NCBI GenBank assembly: GCA_964187785.1
Contig: OZ076409.1
Span: forward strand, 25,980,001-26,044,000
Direction: 5' to 3'
Source: Amphiscolops sp. MND2022
Lineage: Eukaryota
Length of the DNA stretch: 64,000 bases
Part shown: piece by piece, positions 51,001 through 64,000 of the stretch
Layout of the letters: every line of letters starts with the position of its first letter
Position numbering within the stretch: position 1 is the first letter of the stretch
Position numbers and translations under genes: made by a program
Notes under the pieces: generated by a model
Database searches by the model: none
What the model was told of the DNA's origin: nothing
Seen by the model: the letters and a program-made list of their open reading frames with translations, nothing else

Positions 51001-53100
51001 CAAGATGATGTTCCAGAGCAGCTTTTTTATTAGAGGCAAATTTTAGGTTGGTTCAATGCTGGCGCAACTCAACAGTACTGAAGGCGAGACAACGTTCGCA
51101 TATTCGGGGTACAGCATGACCACAATGCGTATATCTACCACAAGTTTATCGACGTCGGAATTCTGCGTCCATTTGAATTTGATACACGATTTTCATTTTG
51201 ACAACCTAGAAAAATTGACAGACCCTTTCGAAATTGAAAAACCAACTGTAATTTGTTGTACTGAGTATTGCATAGATGACTGTTCAGTCAGTTACATTTT
51301 ATTATGGAATCAAATGCTCAATTAAAATTCAAACAGGGTGTAGCTAGAAACAAAGTGTAGCAACATTTGATAATGAATTGATAACTTTTGAATTTCAAAA
51401 ACTCAACATAGAAACAGACCTATGGAGTATTGGCCTCAAATGTACAATTGAAAACCATTCTATTTTTGTCGTTTTGTGTTGATGAACTTGTTGTTAGTCA
51501 TTAGGAAGCTTTTTCTGCAGCATTTGGAACTCCCTTTAGACCCTATACGTTTTGATAGGTGCAGTAAAAATCATTGGAGATCTGAGAGCTAAAGATGAGC
51601 TGAAAGCTATTATACGATGTTGCATTTATACGGATGCAGACAAGGAAGTGATGAACCGAGCCACGTCACACCTACTTCCTAATCACTAGCGGATCAAATT
51701 ATTAATATTGATGGTCAAAGGTCACTACACTACTTATGTTGATTTAGATACTCCGAAGTTCAAATCAACTCGTTCTCCACGAAGAAATGTCATACGAAAC
51801 ACTGACGACGAAAACTTTCGTTTGAATGTATTTGTTTCAATCCATGGAACTTCTAGATTTCACTCAGATCAAACTTTCGACAACTGAAATGTCGGCCAAA
51901 GCGGTTACGAAACCATTGAAGGCTTCCAGTTAAAAGAAACATTCGCAACATCAAGTTCCCAAGAATCCTTCGTTCCTGACGCAATTTTGCAATTCACAAA
52001 CATAAGCTCTATCGAAGCCGTCAAGGCAAACCAAGGTCTACGAAACTGAGAAATAAAACTTGCCAACACCTCCGGAATTCTAAACATGCACGTCATGAGT
52101 CGAAGCTCAATCGATACATCATTTTTCCAAGACGTTTTCTTTCAGAAACTGAAAAAAAATACGGCTAAAGCAGTGTAAAACACAATATTTGCTCATTTGC
52201 CATCAGAACTAATAAAAAGGAAAGGTACCATGGATTACGCTACTGTATCAGGCCTATTCTACTAAAATGCGCTTCAATCAGAAAAGTAGTTGCAAATGCA
52301 ATCGATGGAAGTGCCTTAACGTTTGATGTAAAACATGGTAACCATAAATCGTTTTTCTTTCATCCAACTGACAGTGATGATTATTTAAAAATTAATTTTT
52401 TTAAATAGAAAAAAGAAACCTTGATCATATATCACCAGTGCTCGACAGACTGCCTGTAGAAAGAAACGAAGTTGGTGCCCAAGTATTTTTTGATAAACTA
52501 ACTTTTCTCGTCAAACATTCTCTATAAAAATCTCGAGTATCCCCGAGGACCTCAAAGGTGCTAAAGCGGTGCAGATCTGGAAGCCCGTAAAAATCTTATT
52601 GTGAAAATTACCCAAGAACTATTTTTTGTGCTCTTTGAGCAAAAGCCTTGAAAAGCTGATATATATTACCGTTTATATATTTTTTTGGACAAGAGTTGCG
52701 TGTTTTATCCAAGACAATTTCAAAACATCCCAAATATTAGTTGTTTTTGACATTATGGAACTGACTCGAGGTAATTTTTATCTCAACATCTCCGCTATGT
52801 TGCTTGATCCACTGAAAAAGTTCATACAAAAGATCATCATGAACTATTGTTGCAACTAGGAGCAAATTGTGCCCGAGGCAAATTTGTGCAAATTGTGTTT
52901 GGATCGGTTCTGATCATAAGTGAACAGATGAACTCAGTCTGTTTAGATGAACGGTAAAGTCGTTAAACCGTCAATCAATGAGTGTGGTCTAACTCATGGT
53001 CCACTGTTTTTATTGTTTGTGCAATAATATTTCGAGCTCATGTAAAACATCGATCCGTTCGTTTTCGCTGACGTTACCAATAAAGTTCATGAGAGGACAG

Positions 53101-53935
53101 AACAAGCCGGGAACGACCTAAGTCGGCGCTATGCCTAAAACTCAAAAAACGCAAACTTTTCAAAATATGCTCAGGACGTTTTTTTTCAAATCAAAAACTA
53201 ACAAAAAAGTTTCGAAACTATCAAAGGGTGCTTTTAGTGCTCGGAAAACGCTTCAGAAGTTCGGATACAGCGTGCTGGGACAAATAGGAGCGCTTGTTTT
53301 TGAACCTCTGCTTCCTCTTTAGTGGAACACAAGACGGGAATATCTAAAGTCGGCGCTATATCTAAGGCTCGAAAAGCGCAGTTTTTAAACCTGTAAAAGG
53401 GGGACCTTCGAGCTTTTTGAAAATCCAGTTTGTTGCAAAATATCAAATAAACTGAAGGGGGGATCCTTTGAAGACAAAAAAAAATTTCGATATTTTTTCT
53501 TTAATTTCCGAAACAAAACGAAAAATGAGAGTTTTGAACAGTCTCATAGTGCCGAAATGCGTAAAAGGGGAGACCCTTTGGGCTTTTTGGCACTTTAGTT
53601 TGCTGAAAAATATCAAAAAAACTTGAAGGTGGGACCCTTTGAAAGTTTAAAAAATTCGAAAAAAAGTCGCAGAGCGCCGAAAAAAATTGAGAGTCGCACA
53701 GTGCCGAAAGAAAATTGCTCGAAAAAGTTTCTGGCTAAAGCAAGGACTCGAACCCGTGACCGCTGGGTTCACCGTAAAGACAGTGAAGACTGTACTGACG
53801 AGTATATGTGAATGAGTGAAGTCTGTAAAAAGTGGTACATACACGATGAGGTTTGTGGTCTGACGAAAAAAAAAGAAAAAAAACTAGTCACTGTAATAGT
53901 CGGGCTCTTTTCACTAGAAAAGCTCCGACTAAAAA
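53101..53935 (+). mobile_element. Two adjacent Helentron-like elements (partial 53101-53319; complete ~53329-53935)
   Basis: Two ACAAG..GGGAA..AGTCGGCGC starts and one palindromic CCGACTAAAAA end. Confidence 0.68.
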
Positions 53936-55324
53936 CAGCCTGTCTTTCAAAGGAAGTTGAACACATACTTCGGTAGGTACTTCTGTGGGTGGCTATGAAA
54001 AAGTTAAGTCTTCACTCTGATAAAACGCTTCTGTTACATTACTTCAAGATTCAGTACCCAACTCTTTCTATAGCAAACAATGAAACATACGGTGCGAATT
54101 ATTTAGAAAAGTTGGCTTTCCTACCTGATAAACGTTAAACCTTAGAATTCTACGTCGAGCGAGACCTAGACAATGCGGGCATAACAATGTTTCTCTATCT
54201 CGGGGTCGCGAAGGAAAAGCACAACAATGATAACCGGAAAAGAAACCAAACCGGATCGACAAACAAATAGAACTCACAATGCTCATAATCAAAGCAATCA
54301 AGGCTTCACAGATGTTTGGTTTGTGGTTCTAAGTTTCGTTAGGTGATCTTAATCTCGAATTATTCCACTTTCGCTGCCTATGTAGCTTGAATCAATAGCG
54401 AAAACAAATTTCCGCCTAAAACATGATCCGCCCCATTTTCCTGGTGCGATATAGACGTCTTTTTGCAAAAAACTTTTCTGAAACGTAGAGTTCGAGGTTC
54501 CTTCCCCACGCTGGGTTTCGCGACTGTACCTCATTACAGTGCATAGGCAAGCTATTTTGCTGCTTTTCGTGGAATACGGGACACGACAATTGAGAAAAGT
54601 CGTGGAATCCAGGACAAAAATTCCCTTTGATGTTGAGCGTGTCTTGGATTTCACGCTAATACTGCTGCTATAATGACGCTTTTGCCACTGCCCTCTGATT
54701 GGTCCGCTGATTTTAAGTGATCAATATTGGAAAGGCAGAAAAACTTAATTTAAATAAATTTTATATCAATGGAAATTGTTTTGATTGACACGAAAAGTCC
54801 CAAAGTAGAAAAAGAGATACTCATGACTGGCAGTATGTTCAAAACTGGACTAAACTTCGAAAAATACGAACATTTGTGTGATATTGGTGTGTTTGTCTGA
54901 ATCATTTTGAATTTATTTACGAAAAGTAGTGCATAATAATATGTTTGTTCAGTCATCCACTTGAATTTAATTCAAGAAGAGATGCCGCGAATCGCGTCAA
55001 GCACAAATTCGTGGAATCCAGGAAATTTATGATTTCTGCAATCTGATTGGTTCATTTTGCAAAACTTACTTTTTTGTGGAATCCGGGACACAGCGGCATG
55101 CCGACAGTGCGCACAGCTAAGCATTTGTTACTGGAATCCACGACGAAATCCGTGGAATCCGGGACTTATGACGTAGTTTGCCAATTTTGCACGATTAAAG
55201 GTATGGTCGTGGAATCCGAGGTATTGAAAGCACAAAGTTGCGCTTTGAGCAAGTTGAGCTTGCCTGTGCACTCTAAAGCTGTGTTGACTAAAGAATCAAT
55301 CTCAACGCTGCTGGAACACAAATA

Positions 55325-55356
<32 letters not shown>

Positions 55357-55589
55357 ATAAATTCCCAGTGCAGCTGGAGGAATCTCTTCCTATAAGTTCT
55401 AAGGTATCGAGCTCTTTCGACATTGTAGGCAGTGGCATGCATACTGCCAGGTACATGAATTGCTGTCGTTATAATGTCTACTTCAAAAATCGGAGATGAA
55501 TTCAGGAAGTCGAACTTTTAGTCCAAAGGATTGAAGAAGTCTACACTGTGAGGTCGGTTATTTGCGAGTCAGATTGTGATGATGTTTTC

Positions 55590-56257
55590 CATAACTTGAA
55601 GTCACTTTGTTAACTATGATAAATGTTGGAGAGTTACAGTAAATCAACTACTTGGAATAAGAGCGATAGAGGAAGCGTCTTTGTCTTTCATAGAAGTGTA
55701 TGATGACTTGAAGCATAGTCGTTCAGTGCCCATTTCAGTTCCCGTTTTCGGAATGCTTTAAGTTTGCTCATCGAAGTTTTGGTGAGCTGAAGGCACGAGG
55801 GGGCATAAATGATTTTGTGTAAGATTTTTCAAGACGCTTCAGATCCAGGTAAATTTTTAAATGGGCGGTAGTTGTGGTGATGAATTTGAAGTCGACGGCA
55901 AACAGGAGAGTCTAGGAGTTTTGAGGAATTTCTGGCGGGTCGTTTATAAAAATGCAAAACGAATAGACACAATGAAGGATCCCTGTGGTACACTGCTTGT
56001 TATATTCAGCGTTGATGATTGGATGTTGCCTATTCGGACAAAACGTTTACGATCTTTCAAATATTTTTCCAATAATCTGAGGAAGCAACCACCGACCGGG
56101 TTCTCCTAGAACGAATAGACACAATGAAGGATCCCTGTGGTACACTGCTTGTTATATTCAGCGTTGATGAGTGGATGTTGCCTATTCGGACAAAACGTTT
56201 AAGATCTTTCAAATATTTTTCCAATAATCTGAGGAAGCAACCACCGACCGATTCTCC
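55590..56257 (-). mobile_element. CR1/L2-like LINE RT fragment with a 152-bp tandem duplication
   Basis: LLEKYLKDLKRFVRIGNIHSSTLNITSSVPQGS; 55958-56098 is repeated at 56110-56250; left boundary approximate. Confidence 0.6.
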
Positions 56258-57439
56258 TTTGTAGCCCACTGGACCTGCGTTCCCCACGGTGAAATTGTTT
56301 TTCCCCTGCATACTTAGAGTAATTTGAATCGAAGAAAGTATTTTCTCGGCATTTGCTGTTGATATTGTATTTTGAATTTGAGAATTAGGGCTAGATTTGA
56401 TCAATTTCCTCGACATCTGGTGACAATTTCCTTCACAAATCATCATTGTAGTCTCTATTGTCATTTCACTATTTTCCCTACTATTGGTATTAAGGAGAGA
56501 CCTGAAGTCCTCTCCTACAATAATTGAACTTTTTTGAGGTCTGCCTGACCCTGAGTCTAAACTCAATTCATCTTCACTTTGATTATTTCTGTCCTCGTCT
56601 CTTGAGTAACAAACTATTATAATGTCAACATTTTCTACATCAGACATGATGTCCAGTTGCCTAGAGCGCTTTTCCTCTGCTTTCTGCTTCCTAGTTGAAG
56701 GCATTACAGAACAGTTTAACGTTTCAACAATGAATGGCTTGTTGTAACTGTCTTGAATAACTGAATTGAAAGAATTGGAGACTGGTACAACAGGTATTCA
56801 GTGGTAAACAATCACGATGTAACGTCTGATCAGGTTGATTACAACTAGCTGGTATCAAATTAGCATCAAATGAATGTGTCCCTTAGGACTGTCAGTCTCT
56901 CGTATTTATTGCCGTCAGGGAGAGACAACCCTAATTTTGCGCGTCATGTTGCTAATTTTAGACACGAAAAAACTAAAAATAGCACCTTTCCTGGGTTGCA
57001 TCATAGTGACGTCATTTTCTGAAAATATCAAAGCAAAGTCTAGCGGTAAGCTATCCCAGGTTGATTAACCGTGTTTGGGAGTTCCTTTAATACACGTAAA
57101 ACTGACCAAAACATTTCATGTTGTCTACATGTGGGACTGCATGCAATTTGTTGTATTTTAACTGTAGCGGACCTTTGGTCCGCGTGGCTACACTAATATA
57201 CCTGAATGAAGCACTAATGGTAGTAGCGTATTAATTTCACCGTGGCAGACATTCAACCTGCACAGCTACAGTAAATCCGAATAAGTACTGCACTCTGATT
57301 GGTCATTAAATTTGGTACAGCAAGTACATTTGGCTAGAGGAGTTCATTTGAACTCGTTTCCTCTACTGTGATTATTGCACTCTCATTGTCTACGTATTGA
57401 TTTACAACGATCGAATGAACAGCAATTGTAACGAATATC

Positions 57440-59425
57440 AAACTAATAGCAGGTTTCTAGTATAGGAGACACAAAATTGAATATTACATTAACATACTTC
57501 ATGTTGGTTAGAGAAATGTTTGTTGTGACTGTTCGGACTGAGTGTCCTAGCGGTTCAAATTCGGAGAACTCCTGGAGGGTGGTTGGTATTATCCCCTTCC
57601 AATAGGGTTTGATAGTATTTACCGTCACAGGCCGCAGCCTGTGAGAAATTTTGAGAACTTGTGACATGGTTCACAAACTGTCCTCACAGGGCTTCATACA
57701 TACATCTCTCAAATACTTTGCTCGAAAAATTCAGAAGGGTAACAGGTCTGTAGTTTTCGACAGTATGTTTTTTTGTGAATGGGTGTTACAGCTCCATTTT
57801 TGCATTGATCTGGCATCGTTTTGGTTTACTTGTTTGGTTTACAGACCAAATGCAGGGTGTGATTCTTTCGTTCAGCCACCTCGTGAAAAAATACACGAGG
57901 TATCGCTTCAGGTCCTTTAGGTTTGATAGTTTTTTCACGAAAAAGTATGATAATTTTGTTGAAAATGGAATTTTTCAATAGAGATACTCTTTGACGTGTT
58001 TCGGATTCAAAAATTTGCTGCAGGTTTGAGGGAATACACCGATTGGAAGTATCAGTTGAATATCTCAATCTTCTTCTGGACATTCGAAACAGTTTCCTCG
58101 CAAAGTCTCAGTTTATCTGGAATGGTAATCGATTTACCCAATGATTTGAAATGTTTCAATAGGGAAACAGTATTTCGACTCAGAAAAGTTTTTCTGTGGT
58201 ATTCTGATTAGTCCTGTTCAGCTTCTTCTAGTACCATCTTCTCCAGCTTCAAAAACTTCTGTTTTCTCAATGAGGTCCGTTTGCTTTGTACTGCTCACGC
58301 TGAGTTTGGATAGGTTTCCAAAGATGAAAGTTGTTCACAGAGTAGCAAATTGGTAGGTTCTGTCGATGTCTTGTTTTTCTGGGTTCAAATTGATTAATAT
58401 TACTGTTTCAGTACTCATTTTATTCAATATTCATCCTGTTGACGTTGGTGTGGCTGGTTCAAGTGGGTGTGTTTTCATTTATTCATGAATGGTATCGCAA
58501 TCAGCTGATCAAAAACAGCAAAAGCCGTCCCTTCTTGTCTTTTTTTTGATAAATTCGGGTTAATGGCTTATGGCTTGAAGTTAGTGACGTCATCAATTTT
58601 TTCAAAACTAGTGTCTACATTAAATTCTGCGCAGACATTATGAGCATAGACTATCTGCCATCAGTGGGAACATTTACTATCTGTTCAGCGTTAAGCTGTT
58701 TCAATATACATACCGTACCTGTTTCTTCCAGATCCGTGCTTCGGTTTGTGTTCTAGTTAATGTGGGAAAAATTAATTTCGCTGCATAGTATAAACGGCGT
58801 GTGCTTGTGAAGAAGCCAAAAAGTAGTTAAAAATGGAAAATTGGCGCTTGTTTGTCTGTATGGAGTATTTTTTGGAGGATTATAAAAAGCGCATGTAATA
58901 TTTGGCGTTCCTAACTGGAAAGTACTGCTACGCAACACATTCGAATTTTGACGTTCAATTTTGAAGAGGAAAGTGCTTGGTAATAGCCACTATTACTCCA
59001 CCATGATTTGACGAACCGTTTTTTGTGGGCTCTCTCTCACTACGGAAAAACTTGAAGTTATTCAGGTATAGTTTAGCATTAATCAAATCTTCAAGATGTT
59101 ATTCCTTTAGACGTTTTTCCCAATGAACCTTTAGATGTTATTCCTTAGACGTAATTCCCTACTCTAGTCAAGTCTTCAGGTAGACCCCGTACACGAATGC
59201 TTGATAAAACATTGTGAAGTTTCTCACAGATTTTTCCACCAATTTCTTTCGGAATGGCAGTTTGGGTTCAACTATTTTTTCGGTCACAGCATTTACAAAT
59301 TCTTCAATGCAACTTTCACATTTTTCAAAAACATTTTCGACTCTAGTTTCCATGGATTGTTTAAAACTCTGTTCTAGTGTATCCGGTTTTTCGTTCAGTT
59401 TGTTACTACAATGATTAGTGTCCAA
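57440..59425 (-). pseudogene. Degraded CR1-like LINE (ORF1, endonuclease and RT remnants)
   Basis: Fragmentary frames with RT N-terminal and endonuclease-like segments; second copy of 58069-58260 at 63810-64000; family-B MITE end at ~59090-59165. Confidence 0.5.
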
Positions 59426-59786
59426 TATTCAAACTTTTCTGGTACTTTCGACACAATCGTCGCATAACAAGGCGACACGACCACGTAGTTTTTTGATGTC
59501 ATTTATACCTCAATAACTCATGACGATCTATGTTGTTGGAGAGAAGAAAAATGGACTGTAACTCTGACTTCTGCCTCATAACTGTGAGTGTACTACAAAT
59601 AAAAAGTAGAAACCAAATCAACTAATCAAGGTGTTGCTTGTTCTATCAAGGTGATGCTGATTCTAAGTTGTACTTTTGTATTTCTTCTTTGACTGGAGCC
59701 ATGAAGCAGCGCGTTTCTCTAAAGAAAGTTTTTATTCGTACTCAAAAACCCGAAAAACACCTTAAATCAGAATAGTTCGACGATGA

Positions 59787-60946
59787 ATGCAACCGTCTCC
59801 TACAAAAACGAACAAAAGCTCCAAAACGCTACCAACGCCAAACTACTGCTATAAATTGGGAACAATACAAAAAGTTGAGATCCAAATTTTCAAACCGAAT
59901 AGTCAGAAAGCAATCAGATTACAGTTTGAACATGATGTAAACCTTCAAATTATCCAAAAAAGATGGATTTTTATGAACAATCTTCGCAATAAAGGTGTAA
60001 AAACCACGAATATCTGCTCTAAAGAAACATTTTTGAGACCTAATCACGGAAGACAAAAAGACCTATTGATTTATACTTTTTCGCACCTAAGAGATTACTA
60101 CGGACAAAAATTCCCAATCAAAATGGAAAACAAAACTAAACCCAAATTGTTTAGTAGTCGACCAGCCACCATGGAAATAGTCGTCAATGCCGGAACTTCC
60201 TTGAGAATCAATAAAACCCTAGGACCATGCTCTACACCAGCGTGGGCTCTTACAGACGGATTGACCGAAATTGTACCACGTCTCACAATGGTGATAATTG
60301 AATACATTAAGGAACAGAAAGTTACCTCGTTTCTGAAAAAAGGTCTCATTACCTGTCTATATAAAAAGATGATCCACTGAACCCTTCGAATAAACAGACC
60401 CATTACAATAACGATCGGTGTGTCGAAATCTTTGAAAAATTTCTGCAGAAACAAATTAATCATTACCTTTCATCATATACACTTCTAACTAATCTTCAGT
60501 TTAGCTTCCTCGAGAAAATATCAACACAAGATCCTCTCCTTTATTTCACCGAATCGATTCGTAAACATGTGGATCAAAACATTTCTGTTTATTCAGTTTG
60601 CATAGATTTTTCAAAAGCATTCGATTCCGTATACCACCTAATTTTGATGGACAAGTTGAAATTATTCGGCTTCAAACACGATGCTCTGAAAACAACTTTT
60701 AGCTTTTTATCAGACAGAAGCCAGCATGTCGTTATCAATAGTACGGTATATGACATCATCGAAACCCTTCAAGGTGTACCGCAAGGAACAGTGCACGGGC
60801 CATTACCTTTTAACATCTACTTCAACTATATTACAAAATACATCTCGAAAGAATGTAAAATTATTCAATACGCCGATGACTGTTTGATATACTCAGAGAA
60901 CCAGTCATCATCAGCAGGCGAAGAAAGTCGATTTGGAACATGCTGA
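59787..60946 (+). pseudogene. Degraded CR1/L2-like LINE reverse transcriptase
   Basis: CIDFSKAFDSV, FLSDRSQHV, GVPQGTVHGPLPF, QYADD; frameshifted; truncated near 60940. Confidence 0.8.
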
Positions 60947-60987
60947 GTGAGAAACAAAAACTTAAACTCAGAAATTTAGATGAATTA

Positions 60988-61556
60988 TTAGAGAAAAGTC
61001 GACCATCACAATTCTTAAAACCCGCCTCAAAAAAGTTTTCTCGAAGACTCTTAGTCATAGAGCCATGAAACTTGGCACACGTAAGCAATTACCTAGCACA
61101 AACACACTGGCTAAGTTTCGAAGTCATCCACCCACCAGAACCCCTTTACCCCTCACATGTGTGGTATTCAAGGTCATCAAGCTCAAAATGTAAACATTGA
61201 TATGTACCCCTATGACCACGTTAGAATGGAACTCTGTTGAATTTGATGATATTTACTTTGTGTACACATGCTTTAGAACCCACCTAACCACCATGCCAAA
61301 AGCATCACATAGTTTCTCTACATAGCCAATACCTTTGATAATTCACTTTAATATCATTTATTTATACTTCATATTTCAACTGAAGTTTGCTCTATATTTA
61401 CTGTAGAATTGCAAACGAGATGTATACCATTACTAGTTAGGCACAGATTGATTGGAAAACTGTGTTCAAGCTGGGTCCTAGAACCATTTCAATCCTCAAT
61501 TCATATCTTTGCCCTTTTCGACTTTTCGCCGAAGAATTGGGGCAACTACGTTAGTT
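60988..61556 (-). mobile_element. Helentron-like element of a second family
   Basis: Subterminal IR gaaaagtcga / tcgacttttc with an adjacent gcc..ggc hairpin and ..gttag end. Confidence 0.4.
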
Positions 61557-64000
61557 ACTCTCAACTTGTGGAGAGTTGGACGAGTTAAGAGACAAAAATG
61601 AAGTGCAGTTCGGGATCATTGGATCCTACTACGTCAAGAAACAGTCCTTTTAATCCAAGAAGCAAGCAGTCTTCGGTAACAATCCGCAGTGCCGAGCACC
61701 GAATTCAGGGCGGCGTAAAGTTTGGTCAAGTGAAGGGATCAAGCAAGAAAGTTCGATTATAAGAAACAACATTAGTCATTCCTGTGACGTTGATTATATC
61801 CGGCATTCACTGTATCATCTGGTTAATTCGTATTTCCTCATTTTTTTGTACTTTTTTATTCGGTCTCTAGCTATAAGAATTGATGGATTCAAATGTTAGC
61901 AAGATTCTTGTGACCAAAATTGTCCATTCAAAGTCAAGTATTCGTCAGTTACAACATGCAGTTGCAAAGTTTTGTTCCTTCGAAAACTTTTGAACCTTGT
62001 GTTAGATTTTGAGTGACCATTTCAGTTCGATTTGATAAAACGTAATAATTGTAACTTGAAGTTGAGTTTGGCTGATTTTGCTCACAAAAAGCTAAGTCAG
62101 TTCAAGTACTTTTGTAATTTTCACATCTTGTTCATTGGAGTCAAACTGAAATTACCGCAAATATATAGGTTTTTGTACTCTTCACCGTTTAGTGGCAATT
62201 CTCCAGAAGGATGCCTGATCAACCTCTCTTGTGCTCACGAAGCTGTTGTGAAGTGTTGACTCTTGTTTTGAATTTCAGAGTTTAGAAGCGAACACTGCCA
62301 CTGCTTGTTGAGAGAGGTCTCCCACTTCATCTTACAATGTCAATCAGAATCAACGTTTCGAGATTTTTGCAACTAGAAGAAACCAGATACCTCAAATATG
62401 TACAATTTCCTTCGTTTCTACAAATTTTCCTTCGTAACCTTTGTATGCATTTGACGCTTTGTTCAATGTTGCTCGTAAAGTGTGAATTCATCATTTTTCG
62501 GGTGATCAATATACTTTTTCTCAAGCTCAAGAATTTTATATTAACGAGAAACGTGATAAAATGGCCCTTGGACTAAGTAGACATTGAAACTCCTTTAAAA
62601 ACTCCTTAGGAGTAGTAATGGAGTAAAAAGTAGATTGTGAGGAATCTTGAACGGATAATGTTGTAATACAAAAGTTGAAAATTCGAAAATTTCAAACAAA
62701 ATTGCAATTTACAATAGTTGAAAGTTCCATCTTCGCTTCATGTTTTACTGCCTATCAACAGCACAATCATGCTTCTCTCCTTTCTGTGTTGAAGTTTCAA
62801 CATCGATCGATTTTTGCCATCAGTCGATTCAATTAGGGAAATTTCAAAAAAGCATTGTCTCAAGAGCTAATGTCCGAAATGATTCCAGCAAAACAGCTGA
62901 ATTTCTTAGGTATTAATCCTGTTTCGATTTTGAAATGCCTCGAATCCACTTGTTTTTCGAGTATCTGAGATTACAAAACTGTATCTTGAAAATACAACGA
63001 ATGTAAATAGTAGTATATAAATTGCTGATCATGGCCAGCCAGACCATCAAAAATCAAAAACAAGCATATTTGCAAGGCAAATCGTCAAAAATTAGCCATT
63101 TTTCACAACTAAAAAATAACAAAAAAATACAAGTTCGTCTAATCATTGAAAACAAGAATATTTTTAAGGCAAATCATCAAAAATTAGCGTTTTTTCGCAA
63201 CTAAAAAATTACCAAAATCAAAAATCACCAAAAAAAACTTCATTACGCAAATTGTGAAAATGTTTGTCACAAGGAAAAATTCACCAAACTCCATGTTGTT
63301 GTATAGTAATACAGATTATAGAAGAAATGAAAAGTGTAACATGAGCAGTTCATATCATTTGCAATGTGCAGTGAAGGGTCATTGACATTTCACACTCGAG
63401 AAACATGCGAAGCCAGCATTGCTGCATGAAAGAAACATCAAAGTAAATTTACTAAAATTTGTGCCAGCCTGGCAAAAAGTTTGTCAAAAATACTTTTGCT
63501 GGCAAAAATTTCGGCAAAAAATTTTCTCACTGCCATTTTTTTTTGAAGTTGTTCTAGTGCTTGTATATTATTAATACAAGGGAAAACATGATATGCTCAA
63601 TATCTCAACCGGAGAGGAGTTTAGAGAAAGTCCACAGAAACAAAAGTTGTAGATAATGAAAAGATACACACATTTTATTTCTGAACGTTATCTTTAAAAA
63701 ACCCCCTATTTACCAGGTGCCAAAACAGGTGTGAAAATTGGGTTTTTTCCATTTTAACAATAAAATAATTGAAATCGATGAAAAATAATTAGTACAAGCA
63801 AAGCTCTTCTTCTTCTTCTGGACATTCGAGGCAGTTTACTCGCAAAGTCTCAGTTCATCTGGAATGGTGGCCAATTACCCAATGATTTGAAATGTTTCAA
63901 TAGGGAAACAGTATTTCGATTCAGAAAAGACTATCTGTGGTATTCTGATTAGTCCTGTTCAGCTTCTTCTAGTAACATCTTTTACAGCTTCAATAACTTC

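Overview
This is an AT-rich, transposon-dense eukaryotic (animal) window with GT-AG introns and no prokaryotic features. It contains one host gene, a 10-exon MOK/RAGE-family (CMGC, TEY-motif) kinase on the + strand at 12233-30747, about 505 aa when spliced by hand. Downstream lie a three-LTR tandem BEL/Pao retrotransposon (31860-39870, -), a degenerate Gypsy element (41245-45758, -), CR1/L2-like LINE relics and many MITE and Helentron-like non-autonomous repeats. The most unusual region is 1147-9140, a nested stack of foldback/MULE-like elements with 9-bp TSDs. Their arms belong to several different tandem-repeat families, yet all share one ~165-bp GC-rich, highly structured core. The core has a TATA box about 30 bp upstream and shows one compensatory base change and a loop-only insertion. 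The elements insert into each other's left termini and swap arms at the core, and all three ORF-bearing LINE insertions in the cluster land on those same termini. All coordinates and alignments were read by eye; no searches were run.
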